A DNA stretch of 64,000 bases from the human T2T-CHM13v2.0 reference genome, Homo sapiens (GCF_009914755.1 NC_060929.1); one strand, 5' to 3'. Shown: positions 1 through 14,342, counted from the stretch's first letter. Numbers and translations: made by a program. The notes: a model not told the origin generated them from the sequence alone.

Positions 1-294
1 CCCCAACCTGACGCAATCCCCCTCTGTCCTTGGCAATAAGAAGGGACAAGCCTCCCTCCCAAGCCTTTCCACTCTACCTTCAGCATCTTTAGTGCCATGA
101 TCAGAAAACTCTTCTAGATCCTCCACCTCATTCTGGAACATTCTCTCCATCCCTTCTCTTAACTGAAGTCTGCCCCCCACCCCACACCCTCTACCCAGGA
201 CAGACTGCTTCCCTCACAGCCTTCTCCAAATGTAGGCTACTGCTTTCCTCATACTCAACAACCCTCAGGGCCAGGAGAAGAGGAGGTGACCTCA

Positions 295-490
295 TGCCAG
301 GCACTGTTCTAAGCACTTCACACACATCAACTCATTTAATCCTCACAATAATGCTAGGAATTATATAATGCTATTATTTCCCTTTTACAGATAAGGAAAC
401 TGAGGCACAACAAGGCAACTAGTGTACCCCAAGTTAGCCCATAAGAGACATGATTTGAACCTGGGTATTCTGGCCAAGTAAGTGCATACT
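295..490. mobile_element. MIR SINE
   Basis: ctcatttaatcctcacaa...ttttacagataaggaaactgaggcac core. Confidence 0.75.
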
Positions 491-1306
491 CAAAACCCAT
501 AGACTACCTTTATTTACTTTCATTAATCATTCTAGGTGAATTCAGCATCCATGTGAATGATGCATTTAACATCTTATTATCTTATCTCATGACCCTCTGC
601 TCTCTAATGACCCTGATGTCCATTCCATTTCATTCCTCTGCTCCCATGCTCTCATGTTAAATTTTGTCATCCTCAAACAGTAGCCTGTTGGGAGGTGCCT
701 TTTTTCCACTCCTATATTTCCTTCTATGGGGAGAGAGCTCCTTTCATATAACATTCCAAGATCCTTGACCCTCTCATTCTCCCCACTCCCAGGAGATAAA
801 GAAATTCATCTGGTTTCTGGCTGTTTCAGAGACACATTCTGCTCATCAGATGTCCCATGTGCCCCCTATACTTCTCAGCCTCACATGCAGTTAGGTTGGG
901 TCCAAGGCTCTAGTTCTGATCTACAGACTGTGAATGAAAGTGGCATGGGTCACTTCCTAATCCAGAAAGTCTAGACCTGGGGTGCCTTGTCCATCTCCCT
1001 TCCCTCTGCTGTGATGACTTCAGAGGCCACATGCTCCAGGTGGTACAGCTCCCAGATGACAAGGCCTCCACAATGAGGGTCCCAGAGTAACTGTCTGGAC
1101 CCAAGGATGCACCCAGCTGGTGAGGGGCATAAGGAAGTAGGGTGCAGCTATAACAGCAGCTCCTGAAGTATGATCAGTGACTTGGCACTAGGGCAGCAGC
1201 AGGTTGGAGAAGCCACAGCAGCGGTGGAAAGACAGAGATACAGTTAGGAAGCCCAGCCAGCCAGCCCCTTCTGCTTTTATTACTGGGGGTAGCAGGGGGA
1301 AAGGGA

Positions 1307-1376
1307 CCACACACTCTCTTCTGCTCCCACACTCTCTTCTGCTCCCACACTCTCTTGTGCTCCTGCACACTCTCGC
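1307..1376. repeat. 18-bp minisatellite (CCACACTCTCTTCTGCTC) x ~3.5
   Basis: Direct tandem copies visible. Confidence 0.85.
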
Positions 1377-1770
1377 TTCACAGGGAAGTCTCTGTAGAGG
1401 AAGCTGTCTAGTGTAGTGCTGCTGGTGGGTAAGTCTGTCTGATACCAAATACCGTTTTAAAACCCCAAAACTCACCTTCCAGCAGATGGAAGCCACTTTG
1501 TTCAATATCAGCTTTATCAGTAAATGTTCTCTAATCTGCACCACTCCTTTTCTGCCATTTAATTGCTTTGGAATTCAGGCGGAGAAAAGAGCTAGTTATT
1601 TAGCCGCCTTAAGAAATCCAACATGCACCACCCCCATTCCACATTCCATTCTTCAACCACAACCTCCACTTCTAGTTCACTTGTTCAAGGACAGTCCTTT
1701 GACCTAAGCATAGTATCCGGTTCTTTGGTTCCATGATTTTCACCTCATCCATAAATTTTGTCCCATCTCC

Positions 1771-2515
<745 letters not shown>

Positions 2516-2626
2516 AAAATAAGTCTTTAACAGTTTTTGTCCCATCTCCTCTCCTCTCGTCTTCACCTTCCATCATTATAATCTCCCTGTTGAGAATGGC
2601 TTCCATGACCTAGCTACCTCTCCCAC

Positions 2627-3090
2627 TATGGGTTGAATTGTGTCCCCTCAAAACCATACATTGAAGTCCTAACCCCCAGCACCTAACAACGTGATCTTAT
2701 GCGGGAACAGGGTCTTTACAGAGGAAATCAAGTGAAAATGAAGGCATAAGCGTGACCCTAATCCAGTATGTTGCTGTCCTTATAAAAGGGAAATTTGGAC
2801 ACAGAGACAGATGTGCATAGAGGGAAGATGATGTGAATGTACACAAGGCAAAGAAAATCATATCTTCACAAGACAAAGGGAGAGACTGGACTAGGACTGC
2901 CACAAGCCAAGGAGCTCCTGGGGCCACCAGAAAGTAGAATGAAGCAAAGAAGGATGCTCTTCTAGACACTCTGAAGGGAGCACGGCTGGCCAACAGTTCT
3001 ATTTTGGACTTGCCACCTCCAGAATTGCAAGAAAACAAACTTCTGTTGCTTAAGCCACCCAGTCGGTGGTACTTTGTTATGGCAGTCAAA
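2627..3090 (+). mobile_element. MLT1 (MaLR) LTR, MLT1B/C-like
   Basis: tatgggttgaattgtgtcccc...ctgttgcttaagccacccagt...tactttgttatggcag. Confidence 0.8.
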
Positions 3091-3887
3091 AAATCCTACC
3101 ACACCTGCCACTGCACTCTCCAGGTGGGTGTCCAACACGGAAGCTCCTCAAGTGTCTACCTTCCCAGGCCTACTCCTGGCAATTGAAGCCAGTTGGAGGC
3201 GATGCACACCAGTGAAAGCCGGTTTCATTCACATGCATAACTTGAGATCTCAAAGGGGTGAATCCTGTTGCCTTTCCATGCCTGCATTTCTGTCTTGATT
3301 TCCCCCTCCTTCCAACCTTTAGGTGTAGCAGGGCAAGTGAATGAGGAAGTGGAGCAGAAGTGAAAATCTAGGGAGCAGGACATTGGGAGTGATCTGTCAG
3401 GTCAGCCCTGCTTGGGTTCATGCTGTGGGTGTGGAGTCCCCCAGACAATGGCAGGAGTCAGATGGAAAGGAAGCCATGGGGCAGATCCAGATTTTCCCAA
3501 GAAATAGGTTATAGAAGACAGCTACACCTCCCACTCTTTTCCTACGTATTTTTTCACCATAATTAATCTTAGCAAGTTCACTTACATCTCCCCATAACAT
3601 GGGTGTGCATGCACATCACACACAGACACATGCACACACAAATACAGAACAAAGAGAAGAATACCATTTAGGCTCCATCCCTTCAAATGTCCTCTACTAA
3701 AATACACTTATTTTCCTACTTACAAAGACACTCAGGAACTCACTTTACTTTTCCAAGTGAAAAATTATTCCTTAAAACCGTATCTGTCTTTAGCACAATT
3801 ACTAACAAGTAACCAGTGAGCATGCTGTTAAATTCTTATCCTTTTATTTTGATATATACATACTACATACTGTATTTACAGATATAG

Positions 3888-4694
3888 TGATACCAGAGCA
3901 GGGCAGGGAAGTGCTGGGTAGAGAAGGGCAGGGTCCCTGGCGAAGGCTCCACCCTCAGGCTTATGCCCAAAGACCTACCTAAGTGAGAACAGGCACTCTT
4001 GTTTTCGTGCCCAAATGTTGCATTTTCCAAGACCACTCTGGCCCACCATGCCCCGCATCCTGTGCCCATATAAACCCAAGGGACCATAGCGGGCACACAC
4101 ACAAGTGGCTGGATGTTGAGAGGAGTAGAAGCGCAGAAGGGCACACTGACAGACACCAGCATATACTGGCAGGACCAACAGACACCGCTGACAGCGGGAC
4201 GACGTGGAATTTGCTCAGGCATGGTCAGAGAAGAGTCCGGTCACTGGGCGGCCCAACTCCAGGGGAAGACCACCTTCCCACTCCATCCCCCTTCTGGCTC
4301 CCCATCCACCTTGCTGAGAGCAACTTCCACCACTCAATAAAACCTTGCACCCGACCTCTAAGCCCACATGTGAGGCAATTTTTCCAGTACACTAGAGCAA
4401 GAACCCAGGAAACAGAAAGCCCTCTGTCCTTGCGATAAAGAGGGTCTAATTGAGCTGATTAACGCGAGCCATCTGCAGATGGCAAAACTGAAAGAGTACA
4501 CTGTAACACATGCCCATTCGGGAGCTGTAAACACTAACCCTAGACACTGCCATGGGGTTGGAGCCCCAGAACAGTCCCTACAACCTGCCCCTCTGCATGC
4601 TCCCCCTAGGGATTTCAGCAGCAGGGCACAGAAAACCCAGCCACACCCCTGTCACACGCCCTGTGAGGGGGATAAGGGAACTCCTCCGATTTCG
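3888..4694 (+). mobile_element. ERV1 solo LTR (MER50-like)
   Basis: Starts TGATAC, gggaagtgctgggtagagaagggc motif, TATA-like cccatataaa ~4065, AATAAA ~4336, near-TSD atag/acag. Confidence 0.75.
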
Positions 4695-5152
4695 ACAGCA
4701 TGTAGCAGAAACTTTATTTTTTTTTTCCTTTTGGTGTGACTTTTGATGTTAGGGTGAGGCATGTTTCCTTCTATGAAACCAACATCATGGACTTTGGAGT
4801 CCAGGAGCTTGGGTTTAAATTCTGATTCTTGGACTACTTAGATGTGTAATCTGAGAAAAGACTTAACCTGTCCCAAACTTAAGTTTCTCATCTGTAAAAT
4901 AAGAGCAGTAAAATACAAAATTTAAGTAAAATAACGCATGTAAATGCCCTAGCAGAGAACCTGATTCGTGGGATTTGCTAAAAAAAAACTTCCTTCCCTA
5001 CCTATGGTCTAAAAATACAGGGCTACAGGGGGCTTCGTCCCTGTGCAAAAGAATCATGTTGAGTAAATTATCCTTTCATGCTTTCCACTTGCCAATTACA
5101 ACTCTTCACAATCATAAGTGAACAGGCAGAATAACAGCAGGCTTATACGTAC

Positions 5153-5365
5153 TTTTTTCCACCAAGCAGGGATTCTAGCATCAAACATGCAATCCAATGC
5201 ATCTCGCAGATTTTCGCTCATGATGATGGTGCCATCAATAGCAAGTTTCAGCTCAGTGAGGGTGCTGCGGACAAGGCTGAGTACCCTTTGCATTCTGTCT
5301 ATTTCCTGCCTGAGGAAAATGTTCATAGGCTGGAATGGCCCCATCTTCTGCAGCCTCTCTTTTAC
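5153..5365 (-). CDS. DNAH5: DNAH5 exon ~76 (213 nt), C-terminal domain: VKERLQKMG...RIPAWWKK
   Basis: ggcAG|GTA acceptor, AAA|GTACGT donor. Confidence 0.95.
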
Positions 5366-6559
5366 CTGCCATGGAGACATTCAAAGCACATGTTAACAAT
5401 TAGCTACTAAGGATTTTATAGACCTGGTGCCCTGGGGCCTCTGAACAGGCCCAAATTCTTACTATTCCATAAATAATAAGCTTCTAATTTATTGCATGGC
5501 AAAAAGAAAAAAAAAAAGAAAAGAAAACAGAAAAAAGTATCTGTTAGATGACCAGCCCGAATTTTCATGCCATGTGGGAAGGAACAGGCAGCCATGAATT
5601 CACAGAAGAATGTAAAATGCATGACCACAACCATGCAGTCTTCCAAACAGCAAATGCACTTATTGGGAAACTCCCTTTCTGAGAATCCGAGCTCTTTCAA
5701 ACCCACATGTGGACACACACAAGCAAACATGTACACACACACACAACCATTCTGCTGGCTATTTCAAAAAACTAGAATTCTCTTTTAAGAGCTTTCTGTT
5801 TTTTCCATCAAAGCATCCATCCATCCCCCCAACCATTCATTATCATCCTACAAGTATTTATTGAGAGTCTTCTATGTATCAGATATTGTGTTAGGCTGAG
5901 TTGCTATAACCTAAGGTAGCACTGACAAATTCAGCAAAAGGCTGGAGACTCTTCTAACTCCTGCTACTTACCATGTTTATTTATGTAGTTATCATTCTAT
6001 TTTTAGACATTTTTATCACTTCCTAACTATTTCAACCCCTGTTAGACACGAATGACGCCTTTCCTGATCCTATAATGAAGAGTGCTTATGAAAGCTGATA
6101 ACAGTATTGATTTTTCTCCAAGCAAGTGATCAGAGGTTATTCCAGGGACATTATCCCCTTGACTAAAGGTCCTTAAGTTCAGTCTGTAGTATTAGCAGCC
6201 AAAATTGCCTGCTTAGTAGAAAACAGTGGGGTACAAAAGACACAAAATGCTACAGGATTCCTCTTGAAAATGAGATACAAAAGGGAAAAATACAAAGAAA
6301 TAGGGTGGCTCATGTTAGAAGCACCAAATGATTGTCCAGGTCATCTCTTAAAACTATATGGAAAATCAGCTACCTCTTAGTCTTGGTTTAATCAAAGATT
6401 TTTATTTTTTTATTTTTTATTTTGTAATTTAAAAAAAAAAATTTGTGAGTGCATATGTAATTGAATTGTTTGTAACTCAAAGGATAATTGAAGATTTAAA
6501 AAAATACTATCAGGGTAACTCTTTCCACAATACTCATTAAGATGTTAAAAAAGAAAACA

Positions 6560-9500
6560 CCTGGGGGACAGAGGCAAGACTAGATTGCAGCTTTGACTCG
6601 GATGGGCAGAGCAGTGTTCAGAGGCTTGCATTGTGAACATTAGCTCCGGATCTACTCCAAGAACAAAGCAGCAATCCCTAGAGGACCCACAGACTCTGTG
6701 AAGGAGGCGGTCTGCTCCTGCAGGACTCAGGAGACACCCCAAATACTGTGAGTGCCCCAACTGCAGAAGTGGGAAAGGGAGAGCCTCCTCTCCTGAACAC
6801 ACACCCCCACTGAAGAAACTGAAGTAGCCACAGCAAGACAAGCCTAAGGAGAGGCTGAGATCAGACACACCTAGCCTTGCCCCTACTTGGTGGTCCTTCC
6901 CTACCCACCCTGGTAGTGGAAGACAAACGGCATATAATCTTGGGAGTTCTAGGGCCCTGCCTATTGCCGGTTTCTCTTCATACTACCACAGCTGATGCTC
7001 TCTGGAAAGCACCACCTCCTGACAGGAGGTCAACCAGCACAAAAACAGAGCATTAAACCACCAAAGCTAAGAACCCTCACGGAGTCCATTGCACCCCACC
7101 GCCAACTCCGCCAGAACAAATGCTGCTATCTGCAGCTGCGAGACCCACAGACAAGGTTCACATCACAAGACTGTGCAGAAAACCCCCAGTACCAGCCCAG
7201 AGCCAGGTAGACTTGCTGGGTGGCTAGACCCAGAAGAGAGACAACAATCACTGCAGCTCGGCTCACAGGAAGCCACATCCATAGGAAAAGGGGGAGACTA
7301 CTACATCAAGGGAACACCCTGTGGGACAAAAGAATCTGAACAACAGCCTTCAGCCTAAGACCTTCTCTCTGACAGAGCCTACTCAAATGAGAAGGAACCA
7401 GAAAACCAACTCTGGTAATATGACAAAAATTGACATTCTAATGTCACACCTCAAGGAACTAGAGAAACAAGAAGAAACCAAACTCAAACCCAGCAGAAGA
7501 AAGGAAATAACCAAGATCAGAGCAGAACTAAATGAAATTGAAACAAAACAAAGCAATACAAAAGGTAAATGAAACAAAAAGCTGGTTCTTTGAAAAGAAA
7601 CAAAAAGCTGGTTCTTTGAAAAGATAAATAAAATAGATAGACCATTAGCAAGATTCACCAAGAAAAGAAGAGAGAAAATCCAAATAACCTCACTGAGAAA
7701 CAAAACAGGCGATATTACAACTGACACCACTGAAATACAAAAGGTCATTCAAGGCTATTATGAACACCTTTACACACATAAACCAGAACACCTAGAAGAG
7801 ATAGGTAAATTCCTGGAAAAATACAGCCCTCCTAGCTTTTATCAGGAAGAATTAGATAACCCTGAAGAGACCAATAACAGGCAGTGAGATTGAAATGGTA
7901 ATTTAAAAATTACCAACATAAAAAAATCTAAGACCAGAAGGATTCACAGCAGAATTCTGCTAGACATTCAAAGAAGAATTGGTACCAATCCTTTTGACAC
8001 TATTCTACAAGATAGAGAAAGAAGAAACCCTCCTTAATTCATTCTATGAAGCCAGCATCACCCTAATACCAAAATCAGGAAAGGACATACCCAAAAATGA
8101 AAACTACAGACTGATATCCTCGATGGACATAGATGCTAAAATCCTTAACAAAATACTAGCTAACTGAATCCAACAACATATCAAAAAGATAACCCAGCAT
8201 GATCAAGTGGCTTTCATACCAGGGATGCAGGGATGGTTTAACATACGCAAGTCAATAAATGTGATACACCACATAAACAGAATTAAAAACAAAAATCACA
8301 TGATCATCCCAATAGATGCAGAAAAAGCATTCAACAAAATCCAGCATCGCTCTATGATTAAAAGTCTCAACAAAATCGGCATACAAGGGATATACCTCAA
8401 TGTAATAAAAGCCATCTATGACAAACCCACAACCAACATAATATTGAATGGGGAAAACTTGAAAGCATTCCCTCTGAGAACCAGAACAAGACAAGGATGC
8501 CCACTCTCATCACTCCTCTTCAATACAGCACTGGAAGTCCTGGCCAGAGCAATCAGTCAAGAGAAATAAATAAAGAGCATCCAAATCAGTAAAGAGGAAG
8601 TCAAACTGTCACTGCTTGCTGACGATATGATCGCTTGCCTTGAAAACCCTAAAGACTCCTCCAGAAAGCTCTTGGAACTGATACAAGAAATCAGCAAAGT
8701 TTCTAGATACAAGATTAATGTACACAAATCACAAATCAGTAGCTCTTCTATACCAACAGTGACCAAGTGGAGAATCAAATCAAGAACGCAACCCCTTTTA
8801 CAATAGCTGCAAAAAAATAAAATACTTAGGAATATATGTAACCAAGAAGTCAAAAGACCTCTACAAGGAAAACTACAAAACAATGCTGAAAGAAATCACA
8901 GACAACACAAACAAATGGAAATACATTTCATGGTCATGGATGGGTAGAATCAAAATGACCACACTGCCAAAAGCAATCTACAAATTCAATGCAATCCCTA
9001 TCAAAATACCACCATCATTCTTCAAAGAATGAGAAACAACAATTCTAAACTTCATATGTAACCAAAAAAGAGCCTGCCTAGCCAAAGCAAGACTAACTAC
9101 AAAGAACAAATCAGGAGGCATCATACAACATGGTACTGGTATAAAAATAGGCACATAGACCAACTGAATAGAACAGAGAACCCAGAAATAAACCCAAATA
9201 CTTACAGCCAACTGATTTCGACAAAGCAAACAAAAACCTAAAGTGGGGAAAGGACACCCTTTTCAAAAAATGGTGATGGGATAATTGGCTAACCACATGT
9301 ATAAGAATAAAACTGGACCCTCATCTCTCACCTTATACAAAAATCAACTCAAGATGGATTAAGGACTTAAATCTAAGACCTGAAACTACAAAAATTCTCG
9401 ACAATAACATTGGAAAAACCCTTCTAGACATCAGCTTAGGCAAGGATTTCATGACCAAGAACTCAAAAGCAAATGCAATAACAACAAAGATATATAGTTG

Positions 9501-10461
9501 GGACCTAATTAAACTAAAGAGCCTTTGCATGGCAAAAGGAACAGTCAGCAGAGTGAACAAACAACCCACAGAGTGGGAGAAAAATCTTCACAATCTATAC
9601 ATCTGACAAAGAACTAATATCCAGAATCACAACGAACTCAAACAAATCAGTAAGAAAAAAACAAACAATCCCATCCAAAAGTGGGCTAAGCATATGAATA
9701 GGCAATTCTCAAAAGAAGATATACAAGTAGCCAACAAGCATATGAAAAAAATGCTCAACATCACTAATGATCAGGGAAATGCAAATCAAAACCACAACGC
9801 GACAACAACTTACTCCTGCAAGAATGGCCATAATCGAAAAATCAAAAAACAGTAGATGTTGGCATGGATGCAGTGATCAAGGAACACTTCCACACTGCTG
9901 GTGGGAATGTAAACTAGAACAGCCACTATGGAAAACAGTGTGAAGATTCCTTTAAAAAGTAGAACTACCATTTGATCCAGCAATCCCACTACTGGGTATC
10001 TACCCAGAAGAAAATAAGTCATTCTACAAAAAAGATACTTGCACATGCATGTTTACAGCAGCACAATTCACAACTGCAAAATCGTGGAACCAACCCATCA
10101 ATTAACGAATGTATAAAGAAACTGTGGTGTGTGTGTGTATATATATATATATATACACACACACTGACATATATATACCGACATATATATATACCGACAT
10201 ATATATATATATACGGACATATATATGTATATACCGACATATATATATACCGACATATATATGTATATACCAACATATATATATACCGACATATATATAC
10301 CGACATATATATACCAACATATATATACCGACATATATATATACCGACATATATATACCGACATATATATATACCGACATATATATACTGACATATATAT
10401 ATACCGACATATATATATACACTGACATATATATATACACCGACATATATATATATACATC

Positions 10462-10502
<41 letters not shown>

Positions 10503-10897
10503 CGATATATATATATATATGATGGAATACTACTCAGCCATAAAAAGGAATGAATTAACAGCATTTGGAGCGATCTGGATGAGATTGAAGACTATTATCC
10601 TAAGTGAAGTAACTCAGGAATGGAAAGCCAATCATATGTTCTCACTGATATGTGGGAGCTAAGCTATGAGGACGCAAAGGCATAAGAATGATACAATGGA
10701 CTTTGGGGACTTGGGGGGAAGAGTGTGAGGGGGGCGAGGAATAAAAGATTACAAATATGGTGCATCGCATACTGCTTAGGTGATGGGTTCACCAATATCT
10801 CACAAATCACCACTAAAGAACTTACTCATGTAACCAAATACCACCTGTACCCCAATAACTCATGAAAAAAAACTTTTGAAAATTAATTCAATTTAAA
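6560..10897 (+). mobile_element. L1PB-type LINE-1 with 5'UTR, internal deletion of ORF1/EN, degenerate ORF2 and 3'UTR
   Basis: ORF2 RT peptides ([19 protein letters not shown]) and L1PB 3' end; candidate TSD aagatgttaaaaa (6539-6551) / aagatgtcaaaaa (10898-10910). Confidence 0.88.
10128..10520. repeat. Compound microsatellite (TG)n(TA)n plus ~20 units of CCGAC(AT)n
   Basis: Direct reading. Confidence 0.95.
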
Positions 10898-11432
10898 AAG
10901 ATGTCAAAAAATTAACTTTCATCATCATAAATTTGCTTAGAAACTACTTACATACTAAAAATATCAATTTTCAAAACTAATGAGATGAAGAAGCTGCAGA
11001 GGTAATGATATAAATGTAGACTCTCTGAAATAAAGAAGGTCTGAATTTTAAGGTGTGCATTAAACTACATAAAATGTATTTTTGAATAATCAGGTGTTTT
11101 AATAATACTTCGCTTTATTTTGAACAAATGGCAATGTAAAGTACCTCAGGGAAGGTTCAGAAAAGCAGTCCTAATCCATCAGTACACACCTGTAAATCAA
11201 TCATAAGTATTAACATTCTCAACAGGTTTCCTTATGGTTTATATATTGAAAAGATTATGTTACATTCATGGAGGCAAAAACTTCTTTTTCTGGTTCTTTA
11301 AGAAGCTGGTTTTTAAAAGAATGTTTTTTAATTTCAGGAAAATCATTTTTTGCCCTCCTTTCTTCTTCCTCACTCTCCCAACCGAAGATATGCAACCCCA
11401 GCTGACATTTTGTCAGGATTTCATCAACTCAC

Positions 11433-11648
11433 TTCAAAGGGGACATAGTCTGGGGGCAGCTTCTCCAGCATATCATCAGCCAGCCGGGCCACCACCGCCT
11501 CCCGGGTCTCATCCCCTCCACCAGAGGTGTCCTTGGGTTGGATGCCTAGGATGGTGTCCAGCACGTCCTTGGCCAGCTTGCTCTGGTAGGTGATGTCAGC
11601 ATTGGGGTGCAGCCCAAACACCTCAGGGCTGTCATAGGCAGGCAAACT
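11433..11648 (-). CDS. DNAH5: DNAH5 exon ~75 (216 nt): [17 protein letters not shown]...YVPFE
   Basis: ttcAG|AGT acceptor, GAA|GTGAGT donor. Confidence 0.95.
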
Positions 11649-12807
11649 CTGAACAACAGACACCCCAGATAAGCACAGACTGCCAACATAAGCACCGTCT
11701 AAATTACACTATTTTAGGAAACAAAAATGCTTCTATGAGGGTATGCATTTACTTAAGTCTTATTGGTGTCAAGCTACAAACTCAATAATTTCTCCAGAAA
11801 AGAATCAAATTTCCTTTAAAAAAACAATTAACATTGAGAAACAGACAGTAGGCTCATGGCTCTTTACAGTCTGCACCTCAAACAAAATTTAATCAAGAGA
11901 GACTGTCTTGTTATAAAATATGTGAGATAGAAAGGGAGCTGTGGATTGGTGTTTTGCTTTATGACAGTCTAATAGACTTCAAACCAGTTGTCCAAATCAA
12001 TGTTGTATAACTAATGGTTATTATGTTTAGAAGATACCAGGAAATGACAGCTTTAGTAATCGTGGTCCAAATAAAGGCAGCACGTGGGAGTCATACCCAC
12101 CCAGGGAAAAATACAGAGACTAGGAAAAGAGAGAAACTGAGAAAGCAACAGAGTCAGAGAGAAAAACAGAGACAGAGATGGTGTGGGACACAGGCAGAAG
12201 CAGGAGAAGCAGGCAAAAAGATCCCCCAACGGTTTGAAAAAAAAGAAAATTTACGGACAATTTGACACATATTTCTATGTATGAATCTTATCCTTAACTT
12301 AATTATTTGAGTCATACTCGTATTTCCCTCCCTTCTTCTCCCTCATTTTATTCCCTCTTGCATAATATCTTCTTATGAGCTACCTCAAATAAACTGTGAG
12401 ATGGGGTATATATAAAAATATATGTACAGGCACCCCCAAATTTATACCTTCATGGCCACTTTTCTTATTCAGTGCTGATGATTTAAAGATACATGCAGTA
12501 CAGTAAAACAAATATATTTGCTGATTTGAATTAATAAAAGTGCAGAGGCGGTAATATATGATAAACTCATTACATTTGTATATCAAAGCAACATGTAAAT
12601 ATACTGATAAATTTAGCCCTCTGGGGCTGTTATGTTTTAGTTTGTTTACTCTGAGATAAATCTTCGATAGAGACCAAAGAGACTGCTAAATAATGATATA
12701 ATGAATTTTAGGTATAGAGAAAGGAGACGCAGTCACCTTGAAAATCAGAATTTTTTCCCCACCTATTCCCAAACTGCCTGTAGAAATCTACCTATTCCTT
12801 CTTATGT

Positions 12808-13016
12808 CAGTGCTTCTCAACAAGCGACAATTTTGCCCCCCAGAGGACATTTGGCAATTTCAGGAGACATTTTTGGTTCTTACAATTGGGTATGGGGTTG
12901 TTATTGGCATCCCGTGGATAGAGGCCTGGGATGCTGCTCAACAGCACAGGCCAGCCCCCTACAACACAGAGTGATCCAACCCTGAATGTCAATAGTGCCA
13001 AGGTTGAGAAACCCTG
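12808..13016. mobile_element. MER20 (hAT-Charlie) DNA transposon fossil
   Basis: TIRs cagtgcttctcaac / gttgagaaaccctg; internal ttttgccccccag.ggacatttggcaat. Confidence 0.85.
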
Positions 13017-13514
13017 TCCTAGAGGAGGTTCTTACACAAAGCAGCTTCCTGGACATATCCATAGGCTGTCCATTAGGCCAGGGTTAAGGAACAGATGTCA
13101 TGGGATTTGTCAAATGGATTGGAAAACAGAACAAATTGGGTCTAGAAGCTGCCTTTGCTCTACTGCTGTGGCAGCCGAAGTTTCACAGACAGAGAACTCC
13201 AGGTGATTTGTGTAGGTCTCCTAGTTCTAAATCTGCCTAATCTATCATCTTCCTCAAAGAAAATTCCTCCCTGGGGCATTAAAAAAGAGGGGGGATGGAA
13301 ACACGATTCACACAAAACACACACTCAGAACAAATATAAACATTTTAATCATCCATTGAGTATAAAAATATGAAGAAAGCCTTCACAGCAAAAGCATTAG
13401 TATATATCACCATTAAAATGTATTGTAAAAGCAATATAGACAGTGTAATTAATACCCAAAACTCAAGTGGCTACAGATATTTGCTCTATGCATAAAATTC
13501 TGAAGTTGACAAAC

Positions 13515-13718
13515 CTGGATATACTGAAGATAGTTATCCACTGTGCTGCATTTTGGAATATTGTATCCTTGGTAAAAACTGAAATCTGGTCCAAACATAT
13601 TTTCACTGAACCAAACCTTAGCAAATGTGTTCAACAATCTCTTATCATAGTCGTCAGTGACTCTGCCTCCATATTGAATCTCTCCTATCATGTAGCGGAT
13701 GGTGGTCCAGGAGACACC
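13515..13718 (-). CDS. DNAH5: DNAH5 exon ~74 (204 nt): [25 protein letters not shown]...QYIQ
   Basis: cccAG|GGT acceptor, CAG|GTTTGT donor. Confidence 0.95.
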
Positions 13719-14342
13719 CTGGGAAATTTTATAGAATAATTATGTAGAACTGACTACCGTTGCATTATTATTTCCCTGCCAAGTCACACCCATGTATTCA
13801 CTTTCAACATCATTCAGTCAGTCACTCTTCATCAGTACTGCAAAGAGAAAGTGCAGAAAGAAAAGTAAAAAGGTAAAGAAGAGTAGTTACTCAGTGCTCA
13901 GGTCCATGATTTGAAATAGACTTCCTTGATGCATTCGTATGTTTTCATACTTCAATATAAATAGAAAATAGTGTTTGCTTTTTGAGGGTATTGAGGCAGT
14001 TCTTTAGAAAGCACACACTTCCAACTGATCTGGACTCCCATTTTCATTTTCCAGGATTTTGAAGAACAAGCTTCCCCACCCACACCCCCTGAGAACAGGC
14101 CCCTTGAGGCTGTCTTCTTTGGAATGTCAACTCACTTTTGAGAAATAAAATAATAATCAAAATTTGATCAATTTTTCCTGAAATCAAGAGGCAAGTGTGA
14201 CCCAAATTGCTATGACTTAAAGATGACTTTGCAAGCACAGCAAATTCTCTTATATAATTTACGCCAAAGCTAGGAGGTCCCGTGAGCTTGATGGCCCAAG
14301 CCCACAGCCACTAGAGGCATGAGGCAGCATGCGCGGCAGTAC

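Noticed and set aside
3863-4746. Cluster of 60-150 aa ORFs on both strands
   Set aside because: They lie within a GC-rich LTR and resemble no recognisable protein.
5360-5370. AG|GTAAAA at the start of exon 76 resembling a recursive splice site
   Set aside because: Explained by Val-Lys codons; weak donor match and a modest intron length.
10160-10510. Regularly spaced CCGAC units resembling a CRISPR array
   Set aside because: Spacers are just (AT)n, the context is eukaryotic, and there are no cas genes.
9972-10564. Several long overlapping Y/I-rich ORFs
   Set aside because: Artefact of the stop-free AT microsatellite.
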